This document shows, piece by piece, positions 30,841 through 41,228 of a DNA stretch of 64,000 nucleotides (position 1 is its first letter; each line of letters starts with the position of its first letter). The translations under genes and the position numbers were made by a program. The stretch comes from Micavibrio sp. (GTDB lineage Bacteria; Pseudomonadota; Alphaproteobacteria; Micavibrionales; Micavibrionaceae), in the NCBI GenBank assembly GCA_019634145.1, contig JAHQVU010000034.1, positions 1,254 through 65,253 on the forward strand, in the 5' to 3' direction. The notes below the pieces were generated by a model. The model was not told the origin of the DNA and made no database searches. It worked only from the letters and a program-made list of their open reading frames with translations.

Positions 30841-32241
30841 ATGACCAACACTAAACAAGTTGTTACCCGCTTCCCGCCTTCTCCAACCGGCATGATGCAT
30901 ATCGGCACAGCCCGAACTGCGCTGTTCAACTGGCATTTCGCCCGTAAATTCGGCGGAAAAATGCTCTTCCGCATTGAGGACACCGATCGCGCCCGCCATT
31001 CAGAGGAGGCCGTGACAGCACTGATTAACTCCATGAAGTGGCTTGAGCTAGATTGGGATGGAGATATTGTCTCTCAATACGCTAACAAAGACCGCCACGC
31101 AGAGGTTGCGCAAGCCTTGCTGAACACCGGAAAAGCATGGAAATGCTATTTCACACAGGAAGAACTTGATGCCATACGTAAGGATAATGGCGGATTCAAG
31201 CTACCCAAGCGCGCAGAATTAGAGAAAAATTACACACCCAGCCAAAACGATACATTTACCGTCCGCATTGATACGCCTCAAGCTGGATCAGATACGGTGC
31301 ACGATCATGTACAAGGCACAATAACCATGCAAAATAGTGAACTAGATGACTTTGTACTGCTCCGTTCCAACGGCTCACCAACATATATGCTCAGCGTCGT
31401 CGTCGATGATTATGATATGGGCGTAACCCACGTTATACGTGGCGATGATCATTTAAATAACACCTTCCGCCAAAATGTGATTTATGATGCAATGGGCTGG
31501 GAAAGACCTGAATATGCCCACCTTCCACTTATCCTCGGGCCAGATGGCTCAAAAATGTCAAAACGCCACGGCGCGGCCAGTGTCGAGGAATATCGTGAAA
31601 TGGGCTATTTGCCGGAGGCCATGCGCAATTACCTGCTTCGATTAGGCTGGAGTCATGGTGATGACGAAATCATCAGCGACGCGCAAGCCCGCGAATGGTT
31701 TGAGCTATCAGGATGTAATAAGGCCGCCGCGCGCTTTGACTTTGATAAGCTCGAAAGCCTGAACGCACATTACATTAAGCAAGCAAATCCCGAGCGCCTG
31801 CTCGACATCTGCGAACCGATTTACCAAAAGCGCCATGGTGTAACGCCTGACTTCGCCGCACGAACCCAAATTATGGCCTGCATTGATGAGTTACAGTCCC
31901 GTGCTAAGACATTAATTCAATTTGTTGATGAATCAGCATTTTTCGCAAAAAGCCTACCGATCAAAATGGATGAGAAGGCGCAAGAGCAGCTCACTGATGA
32001 AGCCAAAACGCTCCTTAAAATAGTTGCAGAAGCATTCAAGACCCTGCCAGATTTCACAGCACAGAGCATTCAGGCAACGATCAAGGAAATAGCAAAAGAA
32101 CACGCTAATGGAAAAATGGGAAAACTTGGCATGCCTTTGCGCGCAGCCCTTACAGGAACGACACAGAGTCCTTCTATTTTTCACGCCGCTGAAATCCTGG
32201 AACGTGACGAGTGCCTGGCGCGCCTGAATGCAGTAATATAG
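30841..32241 (+). CDS. gltX: Glutamate--tRNA ligase
   Basis: 466 aa with RFPPSPTGMMHIG (the HIGH region) and KMSKR. Confidence 0.96.
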   Translation: MTNTKQVVTRFPPSPTGMMHIGTARTALFNWHFARKFGGKMLFRIEDTDRARHSEEAVTALINSMKWLELDWDGDIVSQYANKDRHAEVAQALLNTGKAWKCYFTQEELDAIRKDNGGFKLPKRAELEKNYTPSQNDTFTVRIDTPQAGSDTVHDHVQGTITMQNSELDDFVLLRSNGSPTYMLSVVVDDYDMGVTHVIRGDDHLNNTFRQNVIYDAMGWERPEYAHLPLILGPDGSKMSKRHGAASVEEYREMGYLPEAMRNYLLRLGWSHGDDEIISDAQAREWFELSGCNKAAARFDFDKLESLNAHYIKQANPERLLDICEPIYQKRHGVTPDFAARTQIMACIDELQSRAKTLIQFVDESAFFAKSLPIKMDEKAQEQLTDEAKTLLKIVAEAFKTLPDFTAQSIQATIKEIAKEHANGKMGKLGMPLRAALTGTTQSPSIFHAAEILERDECLARLNAVI

Positions 32242-32257
32242 TGCAGCGCAAAAATTC

Positions 32258-32285
32258 TTGAATCTAAAAGAAAAAAGCGTACAAT
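32258..32285 (+). promoter_or_regulatory. Putative sigma-70 promoter of gltA
   Basis: TTGAAT (32258-32263), a 16-nt spacer, then TACAAT (32280-32285). It lies 72 nt upstream of the gltA ATG. Confidence 0.45.
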
Positions 32286-32357
32286 GCTTAAACACTGAGG
32301 CAGCGAATCTATGTCCTTAAACAATAATCCAACATGAAAGAATAATCGGGGATTTCC

Positions 32358-33665
32358 ATGACAAGTGATGCAACAACAAAAACCTTTACCCTTACGAATG
32401 ACCAAACGGGTGAGAGCACAAAACTAAATGTGTTAGACGGCGCTGAAGGCCCTCCAGTTATAGATGTACGCAGCATGTACGCTGACACTGGCCACTTCAC
32501 ATTTGACCCCAGCTTTTCATCAACAGGAAGCTGTAAGTCACGCATTACATATATTGATGGCGAAAAAGGCATCTTATTGCACCGTGGCTATTCAATAGAA
32601 GAACTCGCAGAAAAAAGCACATTTTTAGAAGTTGCCCACCTGCTATTAAACGGTGACCTTCCAAACAAAAATCAATTTGAGAATTTTAAGCATGACATTA
32701 CCTATCACACGATGGTGCATGAACAGATAAACTATTTCTACCGCGGCTTCCGCCGTGATGCTCACCCAATGGCCGTTATGTGTGGCGTAGTTGGCGGCCT
32801 ATCATCCTTCTATCATGATTCACTTGATATCTGGGATCCGGAGCAACGCGAGATTTCAGCACATCGCTTAATCGCCAAAATCCCGACATTGGCCGCGATG
32901 TCCTATAAATACTCACTTGGCCAGCCATTTATGTATCCGCGCAATGATTTGAGCTTTGCCGAAAACTTCCTCTATATGTGTTTCGGCCTACCGCCAGAGC
33001 CATATGTGGTAAACCCTGTACTCGCCAATGCAATGGATAAGATCCTTATCCTACACGCAGATCACGAGCAAAATGCATCGACTTCAACCGTACGTCTCGC
33101 TGGCTCATCCCAAGCCAACCCATTCGCATGTATCTCTGCCGGTATCGCATCCCTTTGGGGCCCTGCTCACGGTGGTGCAAACCAAGCTGTTTTGGAAATG
33201 CTCGATGAAATCGGTCACAAAGATAACATTCCTGAATACCTAGAGCGTGCAAAGAACAAAGATGATCCATTCCGCCTCATGGGCTTCGGCCACCGCGTAT
33301 ACAAAAACTTTGATCCACGCGCTGGCGTTCTTAAGAAAGCCTGTGACGAAGTTCTGGAAGATTTGGGAATCAATGACCCACGCCTTGAACTGGCCATGGA
33401 GCTGGAGCGCATCGCACTAGAAGACCCCTATTTTGTCGACCGCAAGCTCTTCCCGAATGTAGACTTCTATTCAGGCATTATCCTAAAAGCTATGGGCTTC
33501 CCAACATCCATGTTCACCGTGCTATTCGCAGTAGCACGGACAGTTGGTTGGGTTTCACAATGGAAAGAAATGATTGAAGAGCCATCCCATCGTATCGGTC
33601 GCCCACGTCAGCTATATATCGGGGCAGAAAAGCGCCCTTATGTGCCGATAAACAAGCGCAAATAA
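32358..33665 (+). CDS. gltA: Citrate synthase
   Basis: 435 aa ([27 protein letters not shown]). Confidence 0.97.
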   Translation: MTSDATTKTFTLTNDQTGESTKLNVLDGAEGPPVIDVRSMYADTGHFTFDPSFSSTGSCKSRITYIDGEKGILLHRGYSIEELAEKSTFLEVAHLLLNGDLPNKNQFENFKHDITYHTMVHEQINYFYRGFRRDAHPMAVMCGVVGGLSSFYHDSLDIWDPEQREISAHRLIAKIPTLAAMSYKYSLGQPFMYPRNDLSFAENFLYMCFGLPPEPYVVNPVLANAMDKILILHADHEQNASTSTVRLAGSSQANPFACISAGIASLWGPAHGGANQAVLEMLDEIGHKDNIPEYLERAKNKDDPFRLMGFGHRVYKNFDPRAGVLKKACDEVLEDLGINDPRLELAMELERIALEDPYFVDRKLFPNVDFYSGIILKAMGFPTSMFTVLFAVARTVGWVSQWKEMIEEPSHRIGRPRQLYIGAEKRPYVPINKRK

Positions 33666-33687
33666 TAATTCTGAAATTAAGGGAAAG

Positions 33688-33714
33688 AGCCGCTATTTTA
33701 AGCGGCTTTTTTTC
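33688..33714 (+). terminator. Rho-independent terminator of gltA, embedded in the last codons of convergent lpxB
   Basis: agccgct (33688-33694), loop atttta, agcggct (33701-33707), followed by TTTTTTT (33708-33714). Confidence 0.7.
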
Positions 33715-34876
33715 GCCTCGCTTTATCCTTAACAACGGATAAAACGAACTCCGCAGCTCTATCAGATGCAGAAACACCTTCTGGCAATTTTAAATAAGCC
33801 TCAAGCTCGGCCAAATCATTTTTAAGCTCCTGAGCCTTCTCAGGTTTCTTGATAAACTCATAAATTTGGCGGGCGAGATTAAGAGGAGTACATTTCAACT
33901 GCAAATACTCTGGCACAAGTGGCTTATCCAGCATGATATTTGCTAGATGTGCATATTTAACCTTAACGAGTAATTTTAAAAGCACCCAAGATATTGGATT
34001 AACCTTATATGTTATAAAATGCGGAACTTGAAGATAAGCAAGCTCTAAACCAACGGTGCCGGAAACAGCCATAGCGATATCGCACTGGGCAAATATGTTC
34101 CATTTATCCTTCTGCCCAGTAAGAACATAAGCTTCACACGGCATATCCTGAACCAAATTTGTAACCTCCATTTCGATAGAAGGCAAAGTCGGGATAACCA
34201 GCTCAATATTCTCGTGCTGCTCTAGAAGTGTGAGCAAAGCCTCCTTAATCACTGGCGCCATAGTATTAAATTCAGACACACGTGACCCAAAGAAGATACC
34301 TAGGCGTATTGCTCCATCTTCTTTTTTTCCATACACTTTATCAAACCAATCCATATCAATTTCATTTTTATCGGTATCAACGATGGGATGACCAGTATAT
34401 TCCGCGCGCAGTCCGTGTTTGGTAAAGTATTCCGGCTCAAAAGGAAACAGACACATCAGCCCATCAAGAAACTGAGAGACCTTAGCCGCACGAGCCGGGC
34501 GCCACGCCCAGACAGTCGGCGCGACATAATGAACCAATTTCCCCTTAAATTGACCGGTGGCCTTAAGCCTCTTCCCCATCAAAAAGTTAAAGTCAGGTAA
34601 GTCAATTGTAATAACAACATCAGGCTGTGTACGGATAATTTCTTTCACCATCTGATTGATGACTTTATTTAAGCGAAACACTTGCGACGCAACCTCAATC
34701 AAGCCAATAGCACAAATATTTTCCATCGGCATAATAGGCTGAAAACCTTCTTCTGCCATCTGTTCACCGCCAATACCCGACATTTCAAGTGTGTCACATT
34801 TGGCTTTCAGGGATTTTATCAATCTGGCGCCTAATGCGTCACCCGATGGTTCGCCTGCTATAAGAAATGCTTTCAT
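33698..34876 (-). CDS. lpxB: Lipid-A-disaccharide synthase
   Basis: MKAFLIAGEPSGDALG N-terminus. I chose ATG 34876, preceded by AGGTG, over the track's ATG at 34915, which overlaps lpxI. Confidence 0.93.
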   Translation of the reverse strand: MKAFLIAGEPSGDALGARLIKSLKAKCDTLEMSGIGGEQMAEEGFQPIMPMENICAIGLIEVASQVFRLNKVINQMVKEIIRTQPDVVITIDLPDFNFLMGKRLKATGQFKGKLVHYVAPTVWAWRPARAAKVSQFLDGLMCLFPFEPEYFTKHGLRAEYTGHPIVDTDKNEIDMDWFDKVYGKKEDGAIRLGIFFGSRVSEFNTMAPVIKEALLTLLEQHENIELVIPTLPSIEMEVTNLVQDMPCEAYVLTGQKDKWNIFAQCDIAMAVSGTVGLELAYLQVPHFITYKVNPISWVLLKLLVKVKYAHLANIMLDKPLVPEYLQLKCTPLNLARQIYEFIKKPEKAQELKNDLAELEAYLKLPEGVSASDRAAEFVLSVVKDKARRKKAA

Positions 34877-34904
34877 AATTCTACACCTGAAATTTGAGTT
34901 TAGC

Positions 34905-35765
34905 TTATGGCTCAATGCCTATCAGAAACATTTTATGCTTATCAGCAATTAGTGCAAGCTCGTCTTTGCGCAAAAGGAGCGAATGTCCAGCGTGCACAGC
35001 CACCCCCGACAAACCATAGCGCGCAGCCATTTCAATCGTTAAAGGCCCGATAGTTGGCAAATCAAGGTCTCTGTCCTGATTATCCTTACACAACTTCACC
35101 AAAACACCGCCCCGCCCCTTACGGTGCAGCCCCGCACACCGCTCTATCAATGCATCCGTACCCTCAATAGCTTCCACACCCAGCACAATCCCCTCTTGGA
35201 CAATAACAGCTTGCCCGACATCAAGCCCACTCATACCCTTCAAAACATCAACACCGCGCCGTATATCAATCATAGCGTCCGGGTTAGGTTTCATTCCACC
35301 AACGACACCAATTGGCGCTAATAAGTAGGACGCGAAACGCTGCACACCATGAACACAAAGCCCCTCGCCCTCCAAGAAATCTCGCAAAGCCTTAAGCAAT
35401 CCATCATCACCTAGCGCTTTCACCCCGTTTTTTGCAAAAAAAGCAGCCGCCTTCAGGTCAGGACGGATTTCAGCTAATGATGGGCGTCTAATTTTACCGA
35501 TTAGACAAACATCACTGATATTATGACTTTTAAGAGTTTTTAGTATTGTTCCGACAGCCCCAAGGCGCGTTTTAATATGCTGACGCCCATGAACCAACGC
35601 ATCATCGGTATGCCCTTCAAAAACAATAAGGAACGGCTCAATACCTTGCGCCTCACACGCTTCAGCGAGAATATGTGGTAATTCTCCACCGCCCGCCAAA
35701 ATACCGAGCTTTTGTATATCTGGTAATTTATCCTGAATTACGCGCTCTTTTTCTGAGGCTGACAT
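34905..35765 (-). CDS. lpxI: UDP-2,3-diacylglucosamine pyrophosphatase LpxI (DUF1009 family)
   Basis: 286 aa (GILAGGGELP, DLPTIGPLT). It sits between lpxA and lpxB, the alphaproteobacterial arrangement that replaces lpxH. Confidence 0.85.
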   Translation of the reverse strand: MSASEKERVIQDKLPDIQKLGILAGGGELPHILAEACEAQGIEPFLIVFEGHTDDALVHGRQHIKTRLGAVGTILKTLKSHNISDVCLIGKIRRPSLAEIRPDLKAAAFFAKNGVKALGDDGLLKALRDFLEGEGLCVHGVQRFASYLLAPIGVVGGMKPNPDAMIDIRRGVDVLKGMSGLDVGQAVIVQEGIVLGVEAIEGTDALIERCAGLHRKGRGGVLVKLCKDNQDRDLDLPTIGPLTIEMAARYGLSGVAVHAGHSLLLRKDELALIADKHKMFLIGIEP

Positions 35766-36541
35766 AGCGGAAACTTCGTTTTTTCACGAGCAAATTCAAT
35801 AATTTTCATCACAGTTTCATCATAACCGTAATCTTCGGAGACAGTTCCTATACGCTCGTCCATAGTCCCTTCACCGCCGAAAAGCTGGTTATAAGCACGT
35901 TGCAGGCCACGGATTGTCTCTTTATCAAAACCTCGACGCTCAAGGCCAATTAAATTCAATCCGGCCAGATGCGCCCGCTCACCTTTAACACGACCATAAG
36001 GGATGACATCGCTCTCAACACCGCTCATCCCACCAATGATGGCATGATCACCAATGCGAACAAATTGTAAAACAGCAGCCAAACCGCCAATAATCACATA
36101 GTCGCCGACACTAACATGACCGGCCAAGGTCGCGTTATTGGCCATGATAACATTATTACCAACCACACAATCATGGGCAACATGTGATCCCATCATAAAG
36201 AGACAAGCATCCCCCACGCGCGTTTCCATGCCACCATCCTTGGTGCCAGGATTCATCGTCACATGTTCACGGATCGTATTACCCTTACCAATAATAAGTT
36301 TTGATTGCTCACTGGCATATTTCAAATCCTGCGGTTGCGTTCCTAATGACGCAAACGGGAAAACAATTGTGCCCTGCCCAATTTCAGTATTGCCCTCAAC
36401 CACAACATGAGATTTCAAAGTCACATTATCAGCGAGCCTGACGTTATCTCCGACAACACAAAACGGCCCAATATTCACACCGTCCCCAATGCTGGCTTTT
36501 GGGCTAATAACTGCTGTGGGGTGTATAATAGAATTGCTCAT
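35738..36541 (-). CDS. lpxA: Acyl-ACP--UDP-N-acetylglucosamine O-acyltransferase
   Basis: 267 aa with a left-handed beta-helix hexapeptide-repeat region and a helical C-terminus. Confidence 0.95.
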   Translation of the reverse strand: MSNSIIHPTAVISPKASIGDGVNIGPFCVVGDNVRLADNVTLKSHVVVEGNTEIGQGTIVFPFASLGTQPQDLKYASEQSKLIIGKGNTIREHVTMNPGTKDGGMETRVGDACLFMMGSHVAHDCVVGNNVIMANNATLAGHVSVGDYVIIGGLAAVLQFVRIGDHAIIGGMSGVESDVIPYGRVKGERAHLAGLNLIGLERRGFDKETIRGLQRAYNQLFGGEGTMDERIGTVSEDYGYDETVMKIIEFAREKTKFPLCQPQKKSA

Positions 36542-36613
36542 GCTTCAAACAATAAAGAGGGTAGATAAATTAACAAGTAACGCTTTATTGCAAGACGTTA
36601 CAATAGACCAAGG

Positions 36614-37081
36614 TTAATGATCAGCAATCATCGCACTGAAAGACGCTTCAGAGCATACCTTACCATCGACAGTAACTTTACCCTTAAATTTCCATACCTT
36701 ACCGCGTGCGTGCACCTTTTCGACATGGATATGCAAAGCGTCCCCTGGAACAACTGGCCTACGAAAACGCGCATTATCTATCGTCATAAAATAGACGACT
36801 TTACCTTCCGCTTCCTCGCCCAAAGCCTCGACAACAACCAAAGCCGCAGTCTGCGCCATCGCTTCGACAATCAACACCCCTGGCATAACAGGATGATCAG
36901 GAAAATGGCCATTAAAATGAGGCTCGTTCATAGTTACATTTTTCAAAGAGACCGCACTCTCTCCTGGATTAAGCTCCAAAACACGGTCAACAAGTAGAAT
37001 GGGATAGCGGTGAGGGATCATCGACATAATCTTGCCGATATCCAATACATAGCCTTGTGTCTCTTCTTGTTTGCTCATCAT
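36614..37081 (-). CDS. fabZ: 3-hydroxyacyl-ACP dehydratase
   Basis: 155 aa (IPHRYPILLVDRV, HFNGHFPDHPVMPGVL). Confidence 0.97.
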   Translation of the reverse strand: MMSKQEETQGYVLDIGKIMSMIPHRYPILLVDRVLELNPGESAVSLKNVTMNEPHFNGHFPDHPVMPGVLIVEAMAQTAALVVVEALGEEAEGKVVYFMTIDNARFRRPVVPGDALHIHVEKVHARGKVWKFKGKVTVDGKVCSEASFSAMIADH

Positions 37082-37113
37082 CTCACTATTTATCTAGAAT
37101 GTTATAAAACGAT

Positions 37114-38130
37114 CTACCCTTTTTTACCTAAACGCCTAAGGAAAGCAACTTGTTTCATGTGTTGACGAATAGGAAGTGCGGGAGAACCCATCTGCTCTTC
37201 ACCAGCCGGTATATTTCTCATTATTCCCGATTGTGCAGCAATACGCGCCCCCATGCCGATATGCAGGTGCCCGGCTATACCGGCTTGCCCGCCAACGGCC
37301 ACAAAATCATCCAGAACTGTTGAACCGGATATACCAACCTGCGATACAATTATACATCCCTTACCAATACGCACATTGTGCCCGATTTGCACCAGATTAT
37401 CGATCCAACTCCCATCACCAATTACCGTATCAGGCCCAGCCCCACGATCAATCGTCGTATTCGCGCCAATCTCAACATGATCCCCAATAATCACGCGCCC
37501 TAATTGCGGCACTTTCACATGCCCCTTTGGATCAATAGCAAAACCGAACCCGTCTTGACCAACACATACACCGGGATAAAGACGTGAGTGATCACCAATA
37601 ACACAGTGAGAGATCGTCGCACTTGCGCCAATGCGAACATTTGATCCGATCTGCACATTACGCCCAATAACACTGTTTGCACCGATCCACACACAATCAC
37701 CCAGCTTAACGCCATCTTCAATAACAACGCCCGCTTCAATAACGCACCCGTCACCGATACTTGCGCTGTCAGATACACTTGCTTTTGGCGATACATCACT
37801 TTCAGGGATTGTTTCAGGGTATAGATATTGCGCTGCCAGGGCATACGCCTTGTACGGTGTTTCACTAATCAAAAGCCTCACACCATCCGGCGCATACTGA
37901 GCCAAATCAGGATGAACAAAACAAGCCCCTGCTTTGGTCACTGCGAACTGATCTTTGTAGCGAACATTATCCAGAAAGCTCAATTCATCACTTTCCGCTT
38001 TATCCAAAGCGGACACACCCGTGATCAAAAAATCACCAGAGGAATCATCCGAAAGCTTTGCTCCAGAAACCTCACTAATTTTACTTAACGACGTATGACC
38101 AATAAAAATATGAAATTGTAAATCAGGCAT
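37114..38130 (-). CDS. lpxD: UDP-3-O-acylglucosamine N-acyltransferase
   Basis: 338 aa with hexapeptide repeats. It sits between skp and fabZ. Confidence 0.94.
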   Translation of the reverse strand: MPDLQFHIFIGHTSLSKISEVSGAKLSDDSSGDFLITGVSALDKAESDELSFLDNVRYKDQFAVTKAGACFVHPDLAQYAPDGVRLLISETPYKAYALAAQYLYPETIPESDVSPKASVSDSASIGDGCVIEAGVVIEDGVKLGDCVWIGANSVIGRNVQIGSNVRIGASATISHCVIGDHSRLYPGVCVGQDGFGFAIDPKGHVKVPQLGRVIIGDHVEIGANTTIDRGAGPDTVIGDGSWIDNLVQIGHNVRIGKGCIIVSQVGISGSTVLDDFVAVGGQAGIAGHLHIGMGARIAAQSGIMRNIPAGEEQMGSPALPIRQHMKQVAFLRRLGKKG

Positions 38131-38152
38131 TAAATTGCTTTCTAAATATGGA

Positions 38153-38722
38153 TTAACTTTCAGCAGGAACTAGCGTAATCGCTTCTAGCTTAACAGTCGG
38201 CATTTCTTTATTAAGCTTATCCAGTGCCTCTTCCGTCATATCCAGTGACTCAGCCCCGACAAGAACGCTTTGCTTATTGATAACAACATCAATACCACGG
38301 TCTTTCGCCATTAAAGTCACAATATCGGATAATTTGTTTTGCACCTTAACCATGGCATTAGCCAAAACCTCTTCAAGAGAGTGTTTTTTCTCACGCACAT
38401 CACGGCCAGTATCAAGCAGTTTGCGCTCATAACCCTGCTTTTTCTTGAGGAATTCTTCTTGCCCCATACTTTCACGCTCTTTCAACAAAGTCTGCTCTTC
38501 GTCACGTAATTTTTTCTCAGTCTCTGATATTTCAGTTACAAACTTATTCTGAAGATCCGTACGCTGCTTAAGGATAGACTGCGCCGCCATGGACTCAGCC
38601 ATGATATAGCGCACATCAACCACGCCAATCTTAGTGCCTTCTGACGCCATCAAAGTTGATGGAATAAACAAACACAATAAAAAGACTATTCTTGCAAAAG
38701 CAGACATATAAACTCTTTTCAT
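38153..38722 (-). CDS. skp: OmpH/Skp family periplasmic chaperone
   Basis: 189 aa with a signal peptide and a charged coiled coil. It lies directly downstream of bamA. Confidence 0.85.
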   Translation of the reverse strand: MKRVYMSAFARIVFLLCLFIPSTLMASEGTKIGVVDVRYIMAESMAAQSILKQRTDLQNKFVTEISETEKKLRDEEQTLLKERESMGQEEFLKKKQGYERKLLDTGRDVREKKHSLEEVLANAMVKVQNKLSDIVTLMAKDRGIDVVINKQSVLVGAESLDMTEEALDKLNKEMPTVKLEAITLVPAES

Positions 38723-38742
38723 ATCAAATAGATATTTTAAAA

Positions 38743-41019
38743 TTAGAAACGTGTACCAAAGTTAAAGCGGAATTTTTCCTCTTCATCGTAATCTTCACTA
38801 GCAACCGGAATTGCTAAATCAACACGAATTGGACCAAATGGAGAGCGCCATGACAGACCAGCACCAACACTTGCACGAAGCGAGCCAGCATCAAGGATTC
38901 CTGCGCCCGCCTCATCAACATCGGTCAATGACCCTGCATCTGCAAATGTATGCCCTTGCACACCAAGTTCTTCAGGCAACCCAACCGGGAATGAGAGTTC
39001 AGCAGAACTTCTATAGAAGAAATTACCACCAAGCGCATCATCAGTTGCACTATCACGTGGACCAACCCCCGCATTTGCAAAACCACGCAATGTCGAGCCA
39101 CCGAGATAATATCTCTCGTTAATGATAACGTCCTTGTCATTATAGCCTTCAATTGCCCCAACCTCGCCAAGCACATTAAAGATCACATCCTCCCATACAG
39201 GATAGTAATAGCTCGCGCCCGTCTTACCTGATATATACTCTGCGTCACCACCCAGACCGGCTATTTCAGTATCTAGCCAGTAAAGCAAGCCTTCCCGCGG
39301 AAAGATAACACTATCACGGTTGTCATATGTAGTCCGTTGCGACACAGCAGATGTCGTGCGTTCACCTTCCTGATCACGAATAAAGCGCGATGCGGTCGTA
39401 TTCACATTTTCAATAGCGTTGTTCTCCAACGTATATTTAAGCGTTTGCCTCCAACGCTCGGACAATGGATAACCAACACGCAAAGATCCACCACTACGCT
39501 CTTGGTCATAAGAGCTCTCATCCTGAAGATCACGTGTCATGTGGAATACATCAAAACCAGCCGACAAATCGCGGTTTAAGAAATAAGGCTCTGTAAACGA
39601 AAGATCAAACTCTGTTCGTTCACCAGATACAACCGTAGAAAACAGGAGATCCTGGCCCTTGCCAAGCAGGTTACGTTCACGAATTCTAAAGTCCGCCAAT
39701 GGCCCGTCATTCGTAGAGAAACCAGCACCGATAGATAGCTCACCCGTAGATTTTTCAGCAACTTTAATATCAACAACGCTCTTATCCGGCGCACTGCCTG
39801 GCTTACTCGACACCTCAACAGTTTCAAAGTAATTAAGGTTTTTGATATTTTGCTCTGAGCGAGCAAGTTTGGATTTATTATAAGGGTCGCCCTCTACAAG
39901 CAACATCTCACGGCGCACAACCTTATCAAGGGTGCGTACATTTCCATCAATATCAATACGCTCGACATAAACACGTGGCGCCTCATTAACAGTAAAGGTA
40001 ATATCAACTGTTTTGGAATCAGGGTTGCGCTTTACTTGTGGTGCAACCTCCACAAAAGCATACTGATTATCACCAAGCACATCTGTAATGTTATCAACGC
40101 TTTCCTGCATAAGCTCGGCATTATACCACTCTTCAGCTTCCAGCATAATTTCTGGCTCGAGCTTTGATGTATCAAAATTAGGGATACGGGAATTCACACC
40201 AACATTTCCAACTTTATAGCGCTCACCCTCATCAATAGTGAAGGTCAAATAAAAGCTATCACGCTTCTCGGACAGTTCGGCAGAAGAAGAAAGAAGCTGA
40301 TAATCCGCATACCCTTGTGAGAGATAGAAACGACGGAGAATTTCTTGGTCATAAGCAACGCGATCCTTATCATAACGATCGTCTGAAGAAAGGAAACGGA
40401 ACCAACGATCTTCCTTCGTGCTGATTTCGCTCCGCAAACGGTCATCGTCATAAACTTCATTACCGATAAAATTAATCGACTCAACGGTCGTAACAGCACC
40501 CTCATCAACTTCAAATACCAGATTAACACGGTTTTGATCCAACCTGATGATTTTAGGCTCAATCGTTACAGAAAAACGGCCATTACGACGGTACAATTGA
40601 TAGATACGTGACACGTCAGCTTGCACACGGGTACGGGTAAAAACCTGACGCGGGCGCAGCTGAACTTCACCTTCAAGCTCTTCATCCTTGATTGCATCAT
40701 TACCTTCGAAAGCAATCTGATTAATAATTGGGTTTTCAGCAACCTCAACCACTAAAGCATGGCCATCCTGACGCAACGTCACATCTGCAAATAGGCCAGT
40801 CGAGAAAAGCTGTTTCAATGCACCATCAAGTGACCGCTGGGTCATCTGATCGCCAACTGAGAGATTAAGGTAGGACACCACAGTCGCAGGCTCGATACGC
40901 TCAGCACCATCAACACGAATTTCGCGAATAATAAATTGAGCCAGAGCAGTGTTAGCGCTGAGCGCTGTCGTACAAAAACACATTGCAAAAAGCGATAATT
41001 TACGGAATTTGGTAAACAT
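38743..41019 (-). CDS. bamA: Outer membrane protein assembly factor BamA
   Basis: 758 aa with a signal peptide, POTRA repeats, an Omp85 barrel and a C-terminal ...FNFGTRF. Confidence 0.96.
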   Translation of the reverse strand: MFTKFRKLSLFAMCFCTTALSANTALAQFIIREIRVDGAERIEPATVVSYLNLSVGDQMTQRSLDGALKQLFSTGLFADVTLRQDGHALVVEVAENPIINQIAFEGNDAIKDEELEGEVQLRPRQVFTRTRVQADVSRIYQLYRRNGRFSVTIEPKIIRLDQNRVNLVFEVDEGAVTTVESINFIGNEVYDDDRLRSEISTKEDRWFRFLSSDDRYDKDRVAYDQEILRRFYLSQGYADYQLLSSSAELSEKRDSFYLTFTIDEGERYKVGNVGVNSRIPNFDTSKLEPEIMLEAEEWYNAELMQESVDNITDVLGDNQYAFVEVAPQVKRNPDSKTVDITFTVNEAPRVYVERIDIDGNVRTLDKVVRREMLLVEGDPYNKSKLARSEQNIKNLNYFETVEVSSKPGSAPDKSVVDIKVAEKSTGELSIGAGFSTNDGPLADFRIRERNLLGKGQDLLFSTVVSGERTEFDLSFTEPYFLNRDLSAGFDVFHMTRDLQDESSYDQERSGGSLRVGYPLSERWRQTLKYTLENNAIENVNTTASRFIRDQEGERTTSAVSQRTTYDNRDSVIFPREGLLYWLDTEIAGLGGDAEYISGKTGASYYYPVWEDVIFNVLGEVGAIEGYNDKDVIINERYYLGGSTLRGFANAGVGPRDSATDDALGGNFFYRSSAELSFPVGLPEELGVQGHTFADAGSLTDVDEAGAGILDAGSLRASVGAGLSWRSPFGPIRVDLAIPVASEDYDEEEKFRFNFGTRF

Positions 41020-41164
41020 TCATCCCACCTTGATCAAATTAAAATTCTCCCAATTTTATAAAGCCCCAAAAGCAATAAGTCGAGAGTACACTGGTTATTA
41101 TGTTGGAAATTTGTAGCGGCTTTACCACTAAAAGACAAATCATTTATCTATATTATGAAGCCTA

Positions 41165-41205
41165 TAAATATAAAATCCAGCGCAAATATATTTCACACTG
41201 GATTT
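41165..41205 (-). terminator. Candidate terminator hairpin after rseP
   Basis: aaatccag (41173-41180) pairs with ctggattt (41198-41205) around an internally self-complementary AT loop. The sequence downstream on the minus strand is T/A-rich. Confidence 0.35.
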
Positions 41206-41228
41206 ATATTAGGAATATTGCTCAACCA

